Origin: Eledone cirrhosa
Lineage: Eukaryota
DNA: 64,000 nt
Reading direction: 5' to 3'
Assembly (NCBI GenBank): GCA_964016885.1
Contig: OZ024757.1
Location: 13,578,001-13,642,000 of the forward strand
This document shows positions 28,131 to 42,450 of this stretch, piece after piece. A program made the position numbers and the translations under genes. The notes under the pieces are model-generated. The model was given only the letters and a program-made list of their open reading frames with translations, was not told the DNA's origin and did not search any database. The number at the start of each line of letters is the position of its first letter. The first letter of the stretch is position 1.

Positions 28131-28576
28131 ATTATTGAGTTTGGAGGGAAACGCTGGCCTTTTCTATAAACTACAGATTTACAAGTACATAAATACACAC
28201 ATGCATACATACAGACAAGCACACACACACACATACACACACACTGTCATAGTACTGATGGTTGTAGTAGTTAGTTTTGGGATATATATTGGAAGTCGTA
28301 ATAGTATTAATGTTTGTATTAGTTAGTATTGGTTAGTATTGATGGCTGTAGTAGTTAGTATTGGGATGTATAATTATTAGTATTATTAGTAGTAATAGTT
28401 AATATTGGTGACTATTATAGTTAACATCAGGTTATAATAGTTAATATTACTAGCTGTAATAGGATTGATGGTTGTTGCAGTTAGTATTGGTGGTTATAAT
28501 AGCATTACTGGTTGTTGCATTGGTGGCTATAGTAGTTAATATCAGGTGATTATAGAAGTTAGTGGTTATAATAATA

Positions 28577-28752
28577 TTGGCAGTATCGGTAGAGGGTTGG
28601 ACGCCATGCTTCCTAGCATAGTTATGGCTCTTTATGGTCTGAGTTCAAATCCCGTCGAGGTTAACTTTGCCTTTCATCCTTATGGGGTCGATAAAATAAA
28701 GTACCAGTAATGTACTGAGTAATTGCTGGCCTTGTGCCAAAAGTAGAAACAA
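28577..28752 (+). mobile_element. SINE family A
   Basis: Matches 49314-49502. Confidence 0.85.
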
Positions 28753-29014
28753 TTATATTACTGGTTGTAATTAGTAGTTATAATAGATTTACAGGTTGTA
28801 GTATTTTAGTATTGGTGGCTATAGTCGTTACTGTTACTGGTTATAATATTTTAGTATTGGTAGTTACTAGTAGTGGCTGTAGTATTTACAGGTGTAAAAT
28901 ACATTCAAATATTCACCACACATAAAGAAAATGATATTAATTTTTTATTTTTATTTCCCTAATAGAAGAGAGGGTGAAAATGGAATACAGATCCACTGTA
29001 ACTATTGTTGTTGT

Positions 29015-29242
29015 TTAACCCTTTAGCAATTAAACCAGCTATATCCATCCAGAATTCTCTCACCTCTTTCTATTCAAACTGGCTGTAACTAGCCACTCAT
29101 ACTGACGTTAAGGTATTGTTCTCAAAATAAATAACATCAAAATCTTGTAGATCCGAAATTATGTGGCATATTATGTGAGATAAATCCTTTACCGTGAAAA
29201 TACAATAGTATATATAGAGTAATGTAAATGCTAAAGGGTTAA
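29015..29242. mobile_element. piggyBac-like non-autonomous element (MITE)
   Basis: TTAA-CCCTTTAGCA ... TGCTAAAGGG-TTAA termini; partial copies at ~40203-40350, ~50500-50682 and 50834-51040. Confidence 0.8.
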
Positions 29243-29499
29243 TAGCAGACAGAGAATTGTGAAAATTTGCAGTATTAAAGTAAAGACTTCACAACTTTTA
29301 ATGTCATGCAGTCATAGAGAGCTGTTCTGTACTTTTCAAGAATGTTTTACTAATGTGGTTTCATATAGTTCATTAATTTGAATATGTATAGTAACATCAT
29401 TAGTGGACTTTTTGTTATGAAAATGTTCAATCTCAAAGTAACAATTTCAATTTTTAATGTGATATAGTCATAGTGCTTTTTTTTTTTTCTGCTTTTCAA

Positions 29500-29682
29500 G
29501 AATTGTTTCTTCTTTAGGCACAAGGCCAGCAATTACCCCAGTGCATTACTGGTACTTTATTTTATCGACCCTGTAAGAATGAAAGGCAAAGCTAACCTCG
29601 GCTGTATTTGAACTCGGAACGTAAAGGGTCAGAACTCTGTGTTACAAAGCATGGTGCCTGACGCTCTGCCTACCGATACTGC
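29500..29682 (-). mobile_element. SINE family A
   Basis: Reverse complement of family A consensus. Confidence 0.8.
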
Positions 29683-29793
29683 ATGTATGTATGTGAGAAT
29701 GTATGTATATACAGTATATATATATGTGTGTGTGTATGTGTGTCTAAGTATGTATTTATGCATGCATGAACATATGTATGTGTGTATGTATGC

Positions 29794-29869
<76 letters not shown>

Positions 29870-29934
29870 GAGGGGTGAGAATTACCTGCCATATACCAAC
29901 ATAACCTTTATATATAATGATAATTTGATAATAA

Positions 29935-30092
29935 TTGCTTCTACTTGTGGCACAAGGCCAGCAATTACCCCAGTGTATCACTGGTGCTTTATTTTATCGA
30001 CCCCCGTATGGACGAAAGGCAAAGCTAACCTCGGCGGAGTTTGAACTCACAACGTAAAGGGCCGTAACTCTATACTATCAATCCACCGCCCT
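29935..30092 (-). mobile_element. SINE family A
   Basis: Reverse complement of family A consensus, ends caatccaccgccct. Confidence 0.8.
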
Positions 30093-30199
30093 TGCCTTTC
30101 ATGAATAATGTCTTGTTAATGTGGTTTAGTGTGATATAGGATGTTAAGAGTTAATGACAGAGCTATTGAGAATAATGATGGAATTTTTACTGCAGCCAA

Positions 30200-30520
30200 A
30201 GAAGTTGTCTCATTGTTATTGCAAGTCTGTTGGTTCGAGGGGCACAACTATTCAACTCCATTCCGGTACATGTCAGAAATCTATCAGGATGCAGTGTGGA
30301 ATCATTCAAATTGCAGCTGGATAGATACTTAAGCACCATTAAAGATGAACCCCATCTCCCAGGATATACACAACGAGCACAAACTGACTCAAACTCGCTC
30401 CTACACATGTCAAAATTAAACAGAGAATCCAACCTGGTAACCACACCAGACTCTGAGGGTGGAGTCTTCGACTTGGCCTGAGCATGGACTCAAACTCAAA
30501 TGAAATGAAATGAAATGAAA
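30200..30520 (+). mobile_element. 3' end of a CR1/Zenon-like LINE
   Basis: RGAQLFNSIPVHVRNLSGCSVESFKLQLDRYLSTIKDEP...SNSLL fits the CR1-group C-terminus; followed by (AAATG)n tail. Confidence 0.7.
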
Positions 30521-30524
30521 TATA

Positions 30525-30546
30525 TACTGTTGTTGTTGTTGTTGTA

Positions 30547-30581
<35 letters not shown>

Positions 30582-30762
30582 CACTACTACTACCACCACC
30601 ACCACTACTACTACTACCACCACCACCACCACTACTACTACTACCAACATTACTACTACCATCACCACCACCACACTACTACTACTACTACCAACACCAC
30701 CACCACTACTACTACCAACATCACTACTACTACCACCACACTACTACTGCTACTACAACTAT

Positions 30763-30801
<39 letters not shown>

Positions 30802-32352
30802 CACCACCACCACGACTACTACCAACATCATTACTATTACCATCACCACCTCTACACTACTACCAACATCACTACTACTACCATCACCACCACCACCACC
30901 ACTACTACTACCAACATCACTACTACTACCACCACCACACTACTACTGCTACTACAACTATTACTACTACTACTACCACTACCACCACCACCTTCACTAC
31001 TACCACCATCAATACTACTACTACTACAACTAATGTCTCTTTAACAGAACATTCCACAACAATGGTGATGTCATAAGTAAGGCCATGTGTTTTTTGCTTT
31101 CACCACCCACCATCCCCCTACCATCACCATTTAACCCCCACCACTGTTAACACTATTATCACCACTAACCTCACCACCACCACCATCACCAACACCATTG
31201 TAACCACTAGCCTCACCATCACCACCATTATCACCACCACCATCATCAAAGCCATCACCACCATCACCAACACTATTATCACCACTAACCTCACCATCAC
31301 CACCATCACCATCATCACCATCACCATTATCACCACTAACCTCACCATCACCACCATCATCATCACCATCGCCATTATCCCCACTAACCTCACCATCACC
31401 ACCATCATCATCATCATCCCCACTAACCTCACCATCACCACCATCATCATCACCATCGCCATTATCCCCACTAACCTCACCATCACCACCATCATCATCA
31501 CCATCGCCATTATTCCCACTAACCTCACCATCACTACCATCATCATCTCCACTAACCTCACCATCACCACCATCATCATCACCATCGCCATTATCCCCAC
31601 TAACCTCACCATCACCACCATCATCACCATCACCATTATCACCACTAACCTCACCATCACCACCATCACCATCACCATCATCATCATCCCCACTAACCTC
31701 ACCATCACCACCATCATCATCACCACTAACCTCACCATCACCATCGCCATTATCCCCACTAACCTCACCATCATCACCACTAACCTCACCATCACCACCA
31801 TCATCATCACCATTATCCCCACTAACCTCACCATCATCACCACTAACCTCACCATCACCACCACCATCATCACCATTATCACCACTAACCTCACCACTAA
31901 CCTCACCATCATCACCACTAACCTCACCATCACCACCATCATCATCACCATCGCCATTATCCCCACTAACCTCACCATCACCATCATCATCACCATCACC
32001 ATCATCACCACTAACCTCACCATCACCATTATCACCACTAACCTCACCATCACCACCATGATCATCACCATCGCCATTATCCCCACTAACCTCACCACCA
32101 CCATCATCACCATCACCATTATCACCACTAACCTCACCATCACCACCATCATCACCATCACCAACACTATTATCCCCACTAACCTCACCATCACCACCAT
32201 CATCATCACCATCGTCATTATCACCACTAACCTCACCATCACCACCACCATTATCACCACTAACCTCACCACCACCACCACCATCACCACTAACCTCACC
32301 ACCAACACCATCACCCCCCAACACCTCTTCACCCTCATCACCCACCACCATT
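30525..32352. repeat. (ACT/ACC)n tract followed by actaacctcacc minisatellite (31130-32350)
   Basis: Direct reading. Confidence 0.95.
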
Positions 32353-32571
32353 AAAAGCCATTTAACTCATAAGAATGTCTTTTATCTCCAATGTATGCAT
32401 GTGTATGTATGTATCTATGTCTGTATGTACATATATATATGTATGTGTGTATGTATGCATGTATGTGCATATATATATGTGTGTGTATGCATGTATGTGC
32501 ATATATATATGTGTGTGTGTGTGTGTATGTATGTATGTGCATATATATATATGTACATGTGTGTATGTATG

Positions 32572-32624
<53 letters not shown>

Positions 32625-32741
32625 GGGTATGCATGTATGTATGTGAGAATGTATGTATATACAGTATATATATGTGTGTGTGTATGTGTGTCTAAGTATG
32701 TATTTATGCATGCATGAACGTATGTATGTGTGTATGTATGC

Positions 32742-32782
<41 letters not shown>

Positions 32783-33187
32783 AGGGGTGAGAATTACCTG
32801 CCATACACCAACATAACTTCACCTGCACCACTCCTTTGTTAAAAAGGAGGCAGGGATAAGTAAGGGAGAGGGGTGGCATCTGGACCACCACCTCATCATG
32901 TTCTGCATCACAGCATCACAGCATATATACATTATACACGCTTCACATCTTGAATCTATACCACATCATATATACACCATACACACACACAGGCATATAT
33001 ATCTGTGTGCATACATATACACACCACATCATGTATATGTGTGTGTGTATCTATATATATATGTGTGTGTGTCTGTGTGTGTGTATATAAATATATATGT
33101 GTGTGTATGTATATATATATATATATATGTGTGTGTGTCTGTGTATATACATATACATATATATGTATATATATATATATGTGTATG

Positions 33188-33219
<32 letters not shown>

Positions 33220-33648
33220 CATATATATATATACACACACAACATACACACACATCACACTGTCTCTTGGTGTGGGGGGGGGGGGCAAATATGATGCAGG
33301 TGTGTATGTGTGAGAGTGAGAGGCATCATCAGAGAAAAGCTAATTAGTGATAGAGAGAAAGAAGATAGGGAGAGAAAAGAGAGAGAAATGATATTTGAGG
33401 GGAGAAGGTAACAGTGAGAAAAAGAAAGAGAGAGACAGAAGGGATAAAAAGACGGGGGGGGGGACACTGGACCTCCTCATTCTCTTCCTACTCCTCACCC
33501 ATGCTTGGATGTTAACTGTGACTATCTCTACAGAGAGAGAAAAACCTGCTGAACACATTATAATGACAGGGAGTGGAGAGAGAGAGAGATAAAGAGATAG
33601 ATAGAGAGAGAGATAATGAGATACATAGATAGAGAGAGAGAGAGAGAT

Positions 33649-33679
<31 letters not shown>

Positions 33680-33699
33680 AGGAGATAGATACATTGATA

Positions 33700-34144
33700 G
33701 ATATATTTCTTTATTGGCCACAAGGGCGCACAAGAAAAGGGGACAATACAAAGACACATGCCGGGGATTTTACATACAGTCGTGTAAAAAATATAAAACA
33801 AACAATTACAACAATCGAAATCCCCAATAGGGGGGAGGCGCCACAAATGGGTTGTTTAATACCCCGTCGATAGAACAACCCTCAACTCCAGGAGTATGTT
33901 GTGCAAGTGCTCCCTTCTTCCCTTTGCTCTCTTCTTCAAACTACAGGTTTATAAACAGAGAAGGCCCAATCACTCTTTTCGCTTCATTCACCCACCTTTC
34001 AGTAAATTTACTGGGGTGCAGTGCCTCTCCCTCCACTCTGATTCTCCTTCTAAAGTGATACCTAAAGAAGGGAATCAATTGTTGTCCGGAGAGAAAGGCA
34101 TCTGTCCTCAGTCCTCTTAATCTCGTCCACCATATAACTTCTTT
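33700..34144 (-). mobile_element. 5'-truncated L1/Tx1-clade 3' fragment
   Basis: EVIWWTRLRGLRTDAFLSGQQL...GPSLFINL is homologous to the C-terminus of ORF 34697..36412; ends CAATAAAGAAA + ATCT repeats. Confidence 0.85.
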
Positions 34145-34167
34145 AGATAGATAGATAGGTAGGTATG

Positions 34168-34235
<68 letters not shown>

Positions 34236-34237
<2 letters not shown>

Positions 34238-34410
34238 TGTTTCTTTATTAGCCACAGGAGCACAAAAGAAGGGGACAAATACAAAGAGGGAAGTTTACAT
34301 ACAATAAAAACGTGTAAAATGTTATCACAAATGCAATTAAAAAAGTTAGTCGATTTTCCCCAGTAGGGGGAGACATACCCCCGAAAAAATGTGAAACCCT
34401 CATCTCCAAA
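34236..34410 (-). mobile_element. Tx1-like 3' UTR-only fragment
   Basis: Similar to the 3' UTRs at 33700-33850 and 34432-34650; flanked by (GATA)n on both sides. Confidence 0.75.
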
Positions 34411-34431
34411 TAGATAGATAGATAGATAGAT

Positions 34432-36237
34432 AATTTTCTTTTTATTTGCCACCAGGGCATCAAAAAGTGGGACAAGTACAATGGGGGGAGTTTACATAAC
34501 AAGGCGTCCTCAATAAGGAGGAGGCAATAACAAGATATAAAAATAAAATACAACATAACAAAATAAAATTTATAACAAAGTCCTCAATAGGGAGGAGGCG
34601 CCTTGGGGGGTCGCACACACCCCCGAAAAAAGTGTGCAACCCTTCTCCTCAGGAGCACAGAGAGGGGGTGCTCCCTTGATCTTTTATCTTCCTCACCTAT
34701 AGTCTGATGTAGAGTGAAGGCCCATTCACACAGGCCATTCTCGCCACTTTCACCCATCTTTCATAAAAACGGCTGGGGTGCAGCACCTCTCTCTCCATTC
34801 TGATCCTTCTTCCGAAATGATATCGGAAGAAATGGACTAGTTGTTGGCCAGAGAGAAAGGTGTCTGATCTCAGTCCTTTCAGACGCGTCCACCATACAAC
34901 CTCTTTCGCCATGGCTATTACGCACAGAAACACCGCCTCTCCTTCGTTTTTGAAGAGGGGAGGCGGCTTGATCGTTACAATAGACTCGGTGGTCAACCGG
35001 ATCGGTCCCACCCTTGACAGCAGTTGTTCGACATAGCCCCACAGATCGGCAATGCCCGAGCAGTGTACCAATGCGTGTGCAACGGTTTCCTCGTCGCACA
35101 CGCATCTGGGACAGATCTTTTTCGAGGGGTCCTTACCCGGACGCCCGTGTCTGTAGAGCCTTCCTCGAACGGGCAGAGCCCCTCGGTAGCACTGCCAGGC
35201 CAGGGACCTATGGAAGTTATCCATGGGTCCCGGGCTGAATGTCCTACCGAACAGGTTGGCCAGTTCGTCTTCCTCCATGCCTAGGGCTTCTCCGAGGGCG
35301 TCGTCGCACCTGCTAACCACCAGCACTCTATAGAATGACGAGGTGGATTCTCCACTGACAGACGGGTCCGCCTGCCAGAGAGCCGTGAGCGCCTGGACAC
35401 ACTCGGTGTGCCAGGCGCCCAGTTTTCTCGGTCTTTGCTTGACCCAGAATTGCAGCTCGGTGAGTGAGACGAGTCTGGGAAAGGCTCGCCTCACAAACGG
35501 AGCCCACACCGGTTGACCGGTGAGGAATACCTGGAGGTGCCGTAGCCTTAATGCGTGTTTACGTATCATTAGCCACGGCATCCCCAGCCCTCCTTTCGAA
35601 GGGTGTTGACAGCAGATGGATCTCCTCACCATAGGAGCCCGCTTCTTCCAAAGGAATTGGAAGAGTGCGCGCTCCATTTTGGCGAGCGTTTCCCTTGGGC
35701 AAGGCACAACGGTCAGGTGGTAGTAGATGACAGACGTTATATAAGTGTTCGCCACCTCCGCCCGACCTTTCAGGGACAGTTTGCACTCGGCCCACTTCTG
35801 GGTCAGTGCAAACACCCTGTTCGTTACCTCACCCCAGTTCTTCTCCACCTGGCCCTCCGTCCAGTGCCCGACGACGCCATCGGAGGGCATCGATCTGCCC
35901 CTCCACGTGCCGAGTTGCAGACCGATCGACTTGTCCCGGTTCAGCTTAGCCCCTATAAACCTTTCGTACTCCTCCAGTGAGGTGCCGATCGCCCCGATTT
36001 CCGAGGCCATCGACACCATTACTGTTACGTCATCGGCGTAGGCCGACACCGCTTTCCGCAATCCCGGTTCCAACGGGATGCCCTGCAACAACTCCAGCTT
36101 CCGCAGCAGTGGCTCTAGAGTCATTACATACAGAAGGGAGGAGAGAGGGCACCCTTGTCGGATGGACCGCGCAATTTTGAACGGCTCCAAGAGGTAGCCA
36201 TTCACCTTGACCCTAGAGCAGATGCGGCTGCTGTGCA
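34432..36237 (-). mobile_element. 5'-truncated L1/Tx1-clade LINE: RT C-terminal half and CCHC (zf-RVT-like) region, open frame 34697-~36235
   Basis: SIRQGCPLSSLLY, SAYADD, LSLKGR, GGLG, CPRC...ETVAHALVHC; the N-terminal part of the listed ORF is only microsatellite read-through. Confidence 0.9.
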
Positions 36238-36884
36238 TAGATAGGTAGATAGGTAGATAGATAGATAGGTAGATAGATACCGGGAGATAGGGGGACAGAG
36301 AGGAAGAGTAAGAGCCAGAGAGAGAGAGAGAGAGAGACTGGGAGAGAGAGAGACAGAGAGAGGAAGAGACAGACAGGCAAAGAGTGAGAGAGAAAAACAG
36401 ACAGAGAGACAAAGAGTGAGAGACAGAAAGACAGACAAAAAGAGTGAGAGAGAGTGAGAGAGAGAGAGAGAGAGAGAGTACTTTGATGTGATAGACATCT
36501 GGTAGAATTGTAATTCTTCCAGTGGGAATACCACTCCACTTCCACCACCTCCACTATACCATCAGACTGTTTTAACTGACACACACACATGTACACATAC
36601 ACACACACACACACATACACATACACATCTGTCTTGGAGACACATATCTGTCATTAAAAAAAACACACACACATGTACACATACACACATGGACACATAC
36701 ATACACACGTGTACACATGTACACATACATACACACATTTGTACACATACACATGTACACACACACACCCATACACCTGTCTTGAAAACACATAAACATA
36801 TACACACCACCACCACACCCATATATACATCTGTCATGAAGACATTTACACCCACATCCATGTACACCTGTCTTGGGGAGTATC

Positions 36885-36914
36885 AGTAGTAGTAATAATA
36901 TCAGTAGTAGTATC

Positions 36915-36956
<42 letters not shown>

Positions 36957-37036
36957 CTAGTAGTAGTAGTAGTAGTAATATCAGTAGTAGTAGTAGTAGT
37001 AGTAGTAGTAACAGTAGTAGTAGTAGTAGTAATATC

Positions 37037-37082
<46 letters not shown>

Positions 37083-37170
37083 ATAATATCAGTAGTAGTA
37101 GTAGTAGTAGTAGTAGTAATAATATCAGTAGTAGTAGTAGTAGTAGTAATATCAGTAGTAGTAGTAGAAG
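36885..37170. repeat. (AGT)n microsatellite
   Basis: Direct reading. Confidence 0.95.
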
Positions 37171-37175
37171 AAGTA

Positions 37176-37355
37176 ATTTCTACTTCAGGCACAAGGACAG
37201 CAATATGGTGGGAAAAAAAGGGGAAAGTCGATTAAATTGACCCCAGTGCATTACTGATACTTTATTTTATCAACCCTGTGAGGATGAAAGGCAAAGCTAA
37301 CCTAGGTGAAATTTGAACACAGAACATAAAGAACTGGAACTCTATACTGCGTCCA
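37176..37355 (-). mobile_element. SINE family A
   Basis: tactttattttatc...ggatgaaaggcaaagctaacct core. Confidence 0.75.
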
Positions 37356-37399
37356 CTAGCCACAAAGGTTCACACATATAATAGAATAAATGTTATAAA

Positions 37400-37797
37400 C
37401 ATATGTAGGTGTCACGATCGTGTAGGTGTCACGACAAAAAGAAAAAAAAAACACACAGTCCACGCTGTAATGTGACCGTGTAGGCAACACGGTAAAAACC
37501 TCCCAGTCCCACACTGTAAATGTGGTTGGTGTTAGGAAGGGCATCCAGCTGTAGAAAACCTGCCAGACAGTCCACGCTGTAATGTGGCCGTGTAGGCAAC
37601 ACGGTAAAAACCTCCCAGCCCCACACTGTAAATGTGGTTGGTGTTAGGAAGGGCATCCAACTGTAGAAAACCCGCCAGACAGTCCTATGCGAGCAAGACA
37701 ACCACTCTTGCCTCAAGTGGGAAAACTCCCGTCCAAACCCATGCAAGCATGGAACACGGACGTTAAACGATGATGATGATGATGATGATGATGATAT
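37400..37797 (+). mobile_element. RTE 3' UTR fragment with internal 112-bp duplication
   Basis: Matches 25180-25437; cagtccacgctg at 37456 and 37568. Confidence 0.9.
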
Positions 37798-39212
37798 GGA
37801 TTATAATACATATAGGGTTAGACAAAGTTATATAAAAATGACAGTAAGGGTGGCAAGGCTGTTATATACTAGAAGGATTTTATGTAACACTAGCAGTAGT
37901 ACCCGGCGTTGCACGGGATAAGGTATTGTGAAATATATAACCGCCTTAGCTAAGCTTAGTATTGCCACAACCACGGCTGGCAAAGAAGTAAGGGTCTGGT
38001 GGTATGTAAGTAAGCAACACTGTGGCTTAAAACATGACGAAGAAGTTGTGTGCACTTACCAACTGTTTGGGGAATGAGTGTGAGATTTGTCTGGAGCAAG
38101 GGTGGCTAAATAACCAGAGGCAGCAGACAGCCAGACATACAGACAGATATTTATAAGGGCGCGTTCTGGACGCAGAGCGTAATGCAGACAGCCAGACATA
38201 CAGACAGATATTATAAGGGCGCGACGTTATATGTATGTATGTATCTATCTAAAAAGAGAAAGACTGAGAATTATAGAGAGAGATCGCTAAATCGCCTAAT
38301 GTGGTCTCTAGGGCATTGAAAATTTGAAATTTTATTTTGCTCAGAACACTCCCTGAAACATAAGTATTACATGTGTAAAGTTTGAAAAGAGTTGGTTGGG
38401 TGGTTCTCTAGTTTTAGGGATTCAAACTCACACACACACAGACAGACATCCTCAGTTTTATATATAGAGACTAGCAGAAAACCACCCGGTGGGCGGTTTT
38501 CTGCTAGCAAATCTAGTGTATATACTGATATTGTTGAGATTTGGATGAGAAATGTTTACGGCACCACATGTTCACCGTCTCTCGGTGTGTCTTTTATGCA
38601 TGTATAAATATATATGTTATCTATATGGTGAAATCTTTGAAATAAATATATGTTAAAACGAAAAAGGAGAAAAAGAAATTAGTGACGGAAATATAAACGT
38701 TATGATATAACGATGGAAATATATAAACGTTTACGATAAAACGATGGAAGTAGAAACGTTTATATATAATGATAAGTCGAAACACTCGTAAGTCGAAACA
38801 CTCGTAAAGCGAAACGCATAAAGATTAATGTAATGAATTTGAAAAGCATAGAGATTTGAAACCGCGTCTATTTGTTTCCTTGGCATTTTTTACAGACGGA
38901 CAGACAGACAAACAAACAGAGAAATGCCCATTATATATTATAAGTAGACTTGGCATGGTGTCAAGTCAGAACCGCCTCGAACTGGTTACTTCTGGCTTGT
39001 GGAAGGTGTCTCTATAGCAACCAGCGATTCCCTCGGCCTCCGTGACCAAAGTCAGTGGACAGAGGAAGGTAATGTTTCTATAGCGACAGTGTTTCTCTTG
39101 GTAGTACCAAAGTGGAGAAAGGAAGAGGAAGGTAATATTTCTGTAGCACCTACATTTGAGTTTTAGGGAAGGACAGACAGACAGACAAACAAACAAACAG
39201 AGAAATGCCCAT

Positions 39213-39219
39213 ATATTTC

Positions 39220-39254
<35 letters not shown>

Positions 39255-39282
39255 TACACACACAGAAATGTATATATATTTC

Positions 39283-39327
<45 letters not shown>

Positions 39328-39500
39328 CACACACAGAAATGTATATATATTTCTGTGTGTATATATATATATATTACACACACAGAAATGTATATATATT
39401 TCTGTGTGTATATATATATATTACACACACAGAAAAGTATATACATTTCTGTGTGTGTATATATATATATATTACACACACAGAAATGTATATATATTTC
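39213..39500. repeat. ~50-70 bp minisatellite with self-complementary unit
   Basis: acacacagaaat-gtatatat-atttctgtgtgt repeated ~5 times. Confidence 0.9.
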
Positions 39501-39622
39501 TTAGAACAAAATTATTATTAATGTTTTGCTGTTCATAACAATTGGAATTGAAAAATTACTTTTGAAATTATTAGTTATTTTACTAATGCTTAGATATGTA
39601 AAAATGAAGCAATGTTTCTAAT

Positions 39623-39812
39623 AATTGTTTCTACTTTTGGCACAAGGCCAGCAATTACCCAGTACATTACTGGTACTTTATTTTATCGACCCTGTGAGGA
39701 TGAAAGGCAAAGTTAACCTCGGCGGTATTTGAACTCAGACCGTAAAGGGACGTAACTCCATGTTATGAAGCATGGTGTCCGACTCTCTACAGATTCTGCC
39801 AATCCACCGCCC
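39623..39812 (-). mobile_element. SINE family A (complete)
   Basis: Reverse complement of 49314-49502. Confidence 0.85.
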
Positions 39813-40452
39813 TAATGTCTGTACGTAATGAGGGAGTGAGAGGGGAGAGAAAGAAAGGCAGAGGTGAAGTGACGAAGTGACTCTCTCCTCCTCCTCCTCC
39901 ATCTCCCCATTCGTCACAGCGATAGAGGGGAGGAATGTTAGTGTGTTACAAAGAGAAAGAGTGAGAGTGAGAGAAACAGACAGACTAAAAGAGAGGGATA
40001 GCTGGAGAGAGAGAGAGATATAGCAACCACGCGCGCACGTGTTTCCACTGTCGGACAGACAGACAGAGAAATTGCTGGTTATATATTATAAGGAGATGAA
40101 ATAAGTATAAAAATAGCAACAGCAGAAACATTTTATGTCCACCTTCAATTGTGTTATTGGCTGGATGGTCTGCTCAGTCCGAGTTTTATTGGAGTTACAC
40201 ACTTTAGCATTTAAACCAGCCATATCTGACCAGAATTCTCTCACCTCTTTCTGTTTAAACTGGCTATAACTGGTACCTCATCCTGATGTTAAGGTATTGT
40301 TCTCAAAATAAATAATGTCAAAATCTCATAGATTTGATATTATGAGAGATAAATTGACAAAAAAAAAAAATTAATAAGAGCACTATTATCTTCGGCTGGG
40401 TTTCTATGGCTGGATGCCCTTCTTAACACCAACTGCTTTAGAAAGTTTAGAG

Positions 40453-40677
40453 CAGTCATGGACAACCTGTGGGCCACAAAGCTTTCTGAATGGCCTGCCT
40501 AAGTCACCTAAGTGAAATCTTTCTGATTTTTTTTACCCCAAATTTTCAGTTGCAATTTATCTTTCTATCATTTTTACGGTTGAGAAAAACAACGCATACG
40601 AAAGAAACAAATCAAAACGCCTGATGATGAGCCATATCTCATGCAACCCGCTTCTCAAAAAAAGTTGCCCATGCCTG
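40453..40677. mobile_element. hAT (Charlie-like) MITE
   Basis: Termini cagtcatggacaac / gttgcccatgcctg; flanking 8-mers gtttagag and gtataggg (6/8 identical). Confidence 0.6.
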
Positions 40678-41538
40678 GTATAGGGTGTATTTTATCACAG
40701 TATTAACACTAGAGGGGGTTGCCTTGTCCTCAACAAGATTTATAGAATCCTAAAACATGCAATAATTAAAACAAGCTACAATATTGTAAAACATGAAAAA
40801 CATACAGGGTTACCTTCCCCCCACATGCGTGAGGACCCACTGGTTAGCTAAAAATAATTTTTTTTTACACATCCCAGTTGTTCTGGAAATTATTTCATAC
40901 AAAAACAATTAGGGTGAGAATAATGGGTCCACATTTTTTCCCCTTAAAATAACAACTCCTTGGTGCCTGGTATTTTATAATAAGAGCCCTTTAAGGAGAA
41001 GGGAGTGTGTGTGGGGATGGGGGGGGGGGCAATTTTACTCCCTTGGAATAACAGTTCCTTCAAGGCTGATACTTCATAATGGAACCCTTTCTTCTGAGTT
41101 TGGAGAATCTGTCTCTGAGGGGCTGCCATCTCTTTCATATCTTCGGCAAACACTAGAAATAAACACTCATACATATACATACACACACACACATACATAC
41201 ACACACATACATATACATACATACACACACACACATATCTACACATATACATACATACACACACTTACACACACATATACATACATACACATACACATAC
41301 ATACACACCCACACACACACATACATATACATACATACACACACATACACATAATACACATAGACACACATGCACGTAAACACTGGCAGACACATATATA
41401 CACACAGACCATGCACACTGACACACACACAAGCCATACACACTGACACACACATACACACACACTGACAAACATATACACACATTTATCCACATATAGA
41501 CACAGACATATACATATACACACACACTTATATACAAT

Positions 41539-41598
<60 letters not shown>

Positions 41599-42177
41599 TT
41601 GACAAACATACACACACACATTCATCCGCATATAGACAGACATATACATATACACAGACACACACATATACACATACATACATACACACATTCATCGACA
41701 TATAGACACAGACATATACAAAGACGCACACAGACATTCAAAGACACACATATACACATACATACATACACACATTCATCCACATACATACACACACATA
41801 TACATATACACAGTCACACACACATACATACATACACACTCATGTAGGAGTATGTTTACTGTTATTTTTCAAAAGATGGAATGGAATAGACCGGTGAGGA
41901 GGTGGAGTGGTAGAATCTATGTAATACAAGGGGGAGAGGGGTATCGGTAACAAGATAAAGGGAGAATGGGTGGGAAAGGAGGGAGGGAGAAAGACCTGGG
42001 GCTGGGGCTGGGGGAAATGGTAGGAAAGATGGTGACAGCAAGAGAAAAAGATAAGGTACAGAGAGCGTGATATGCATACATATATATATACATATATATA
42101 TGCATACATATATATATGCATACATATATATACATATATATATGCATACATATATATACATATATATATGCATACAC

Positions 42178-42225
<48 letters not shown>

Positions 42226-42408
42226 ATAAGTATATATGGCACATGCACATGCATACATGTATGTATGCATATATATATCTATATATATATATATACACAC
42301 ACATATATCTATCTATATATAGAGAGATATATACACACACATATATGAATATATATACACATATATATGAGAAAAAGAAAGAAAGCAATTTACTGGGCAC
42401 ATTGCATG

Positions 42409-42450
<42 letters not shown>

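Larger units (their letters stand above)
37887..40090 (+). mobile_element. Cluster of Helitron/Helentron-like non-autonomous pieces
   Basis: Starts actagcag...acccggcgttgcacggg hairpin; repeated ends of the form (acag)n...tatatattata at ~38465, 38940, 39210, 40090; family assignment from motif style only. Confidence 0.45.

Noticed and set aside
36238-36412. N-terminus of the 571-aa ORF
   Set aside because: Read-through of (CT)n/(ATCT)n upstream of the 5'-truncated Tx1 element
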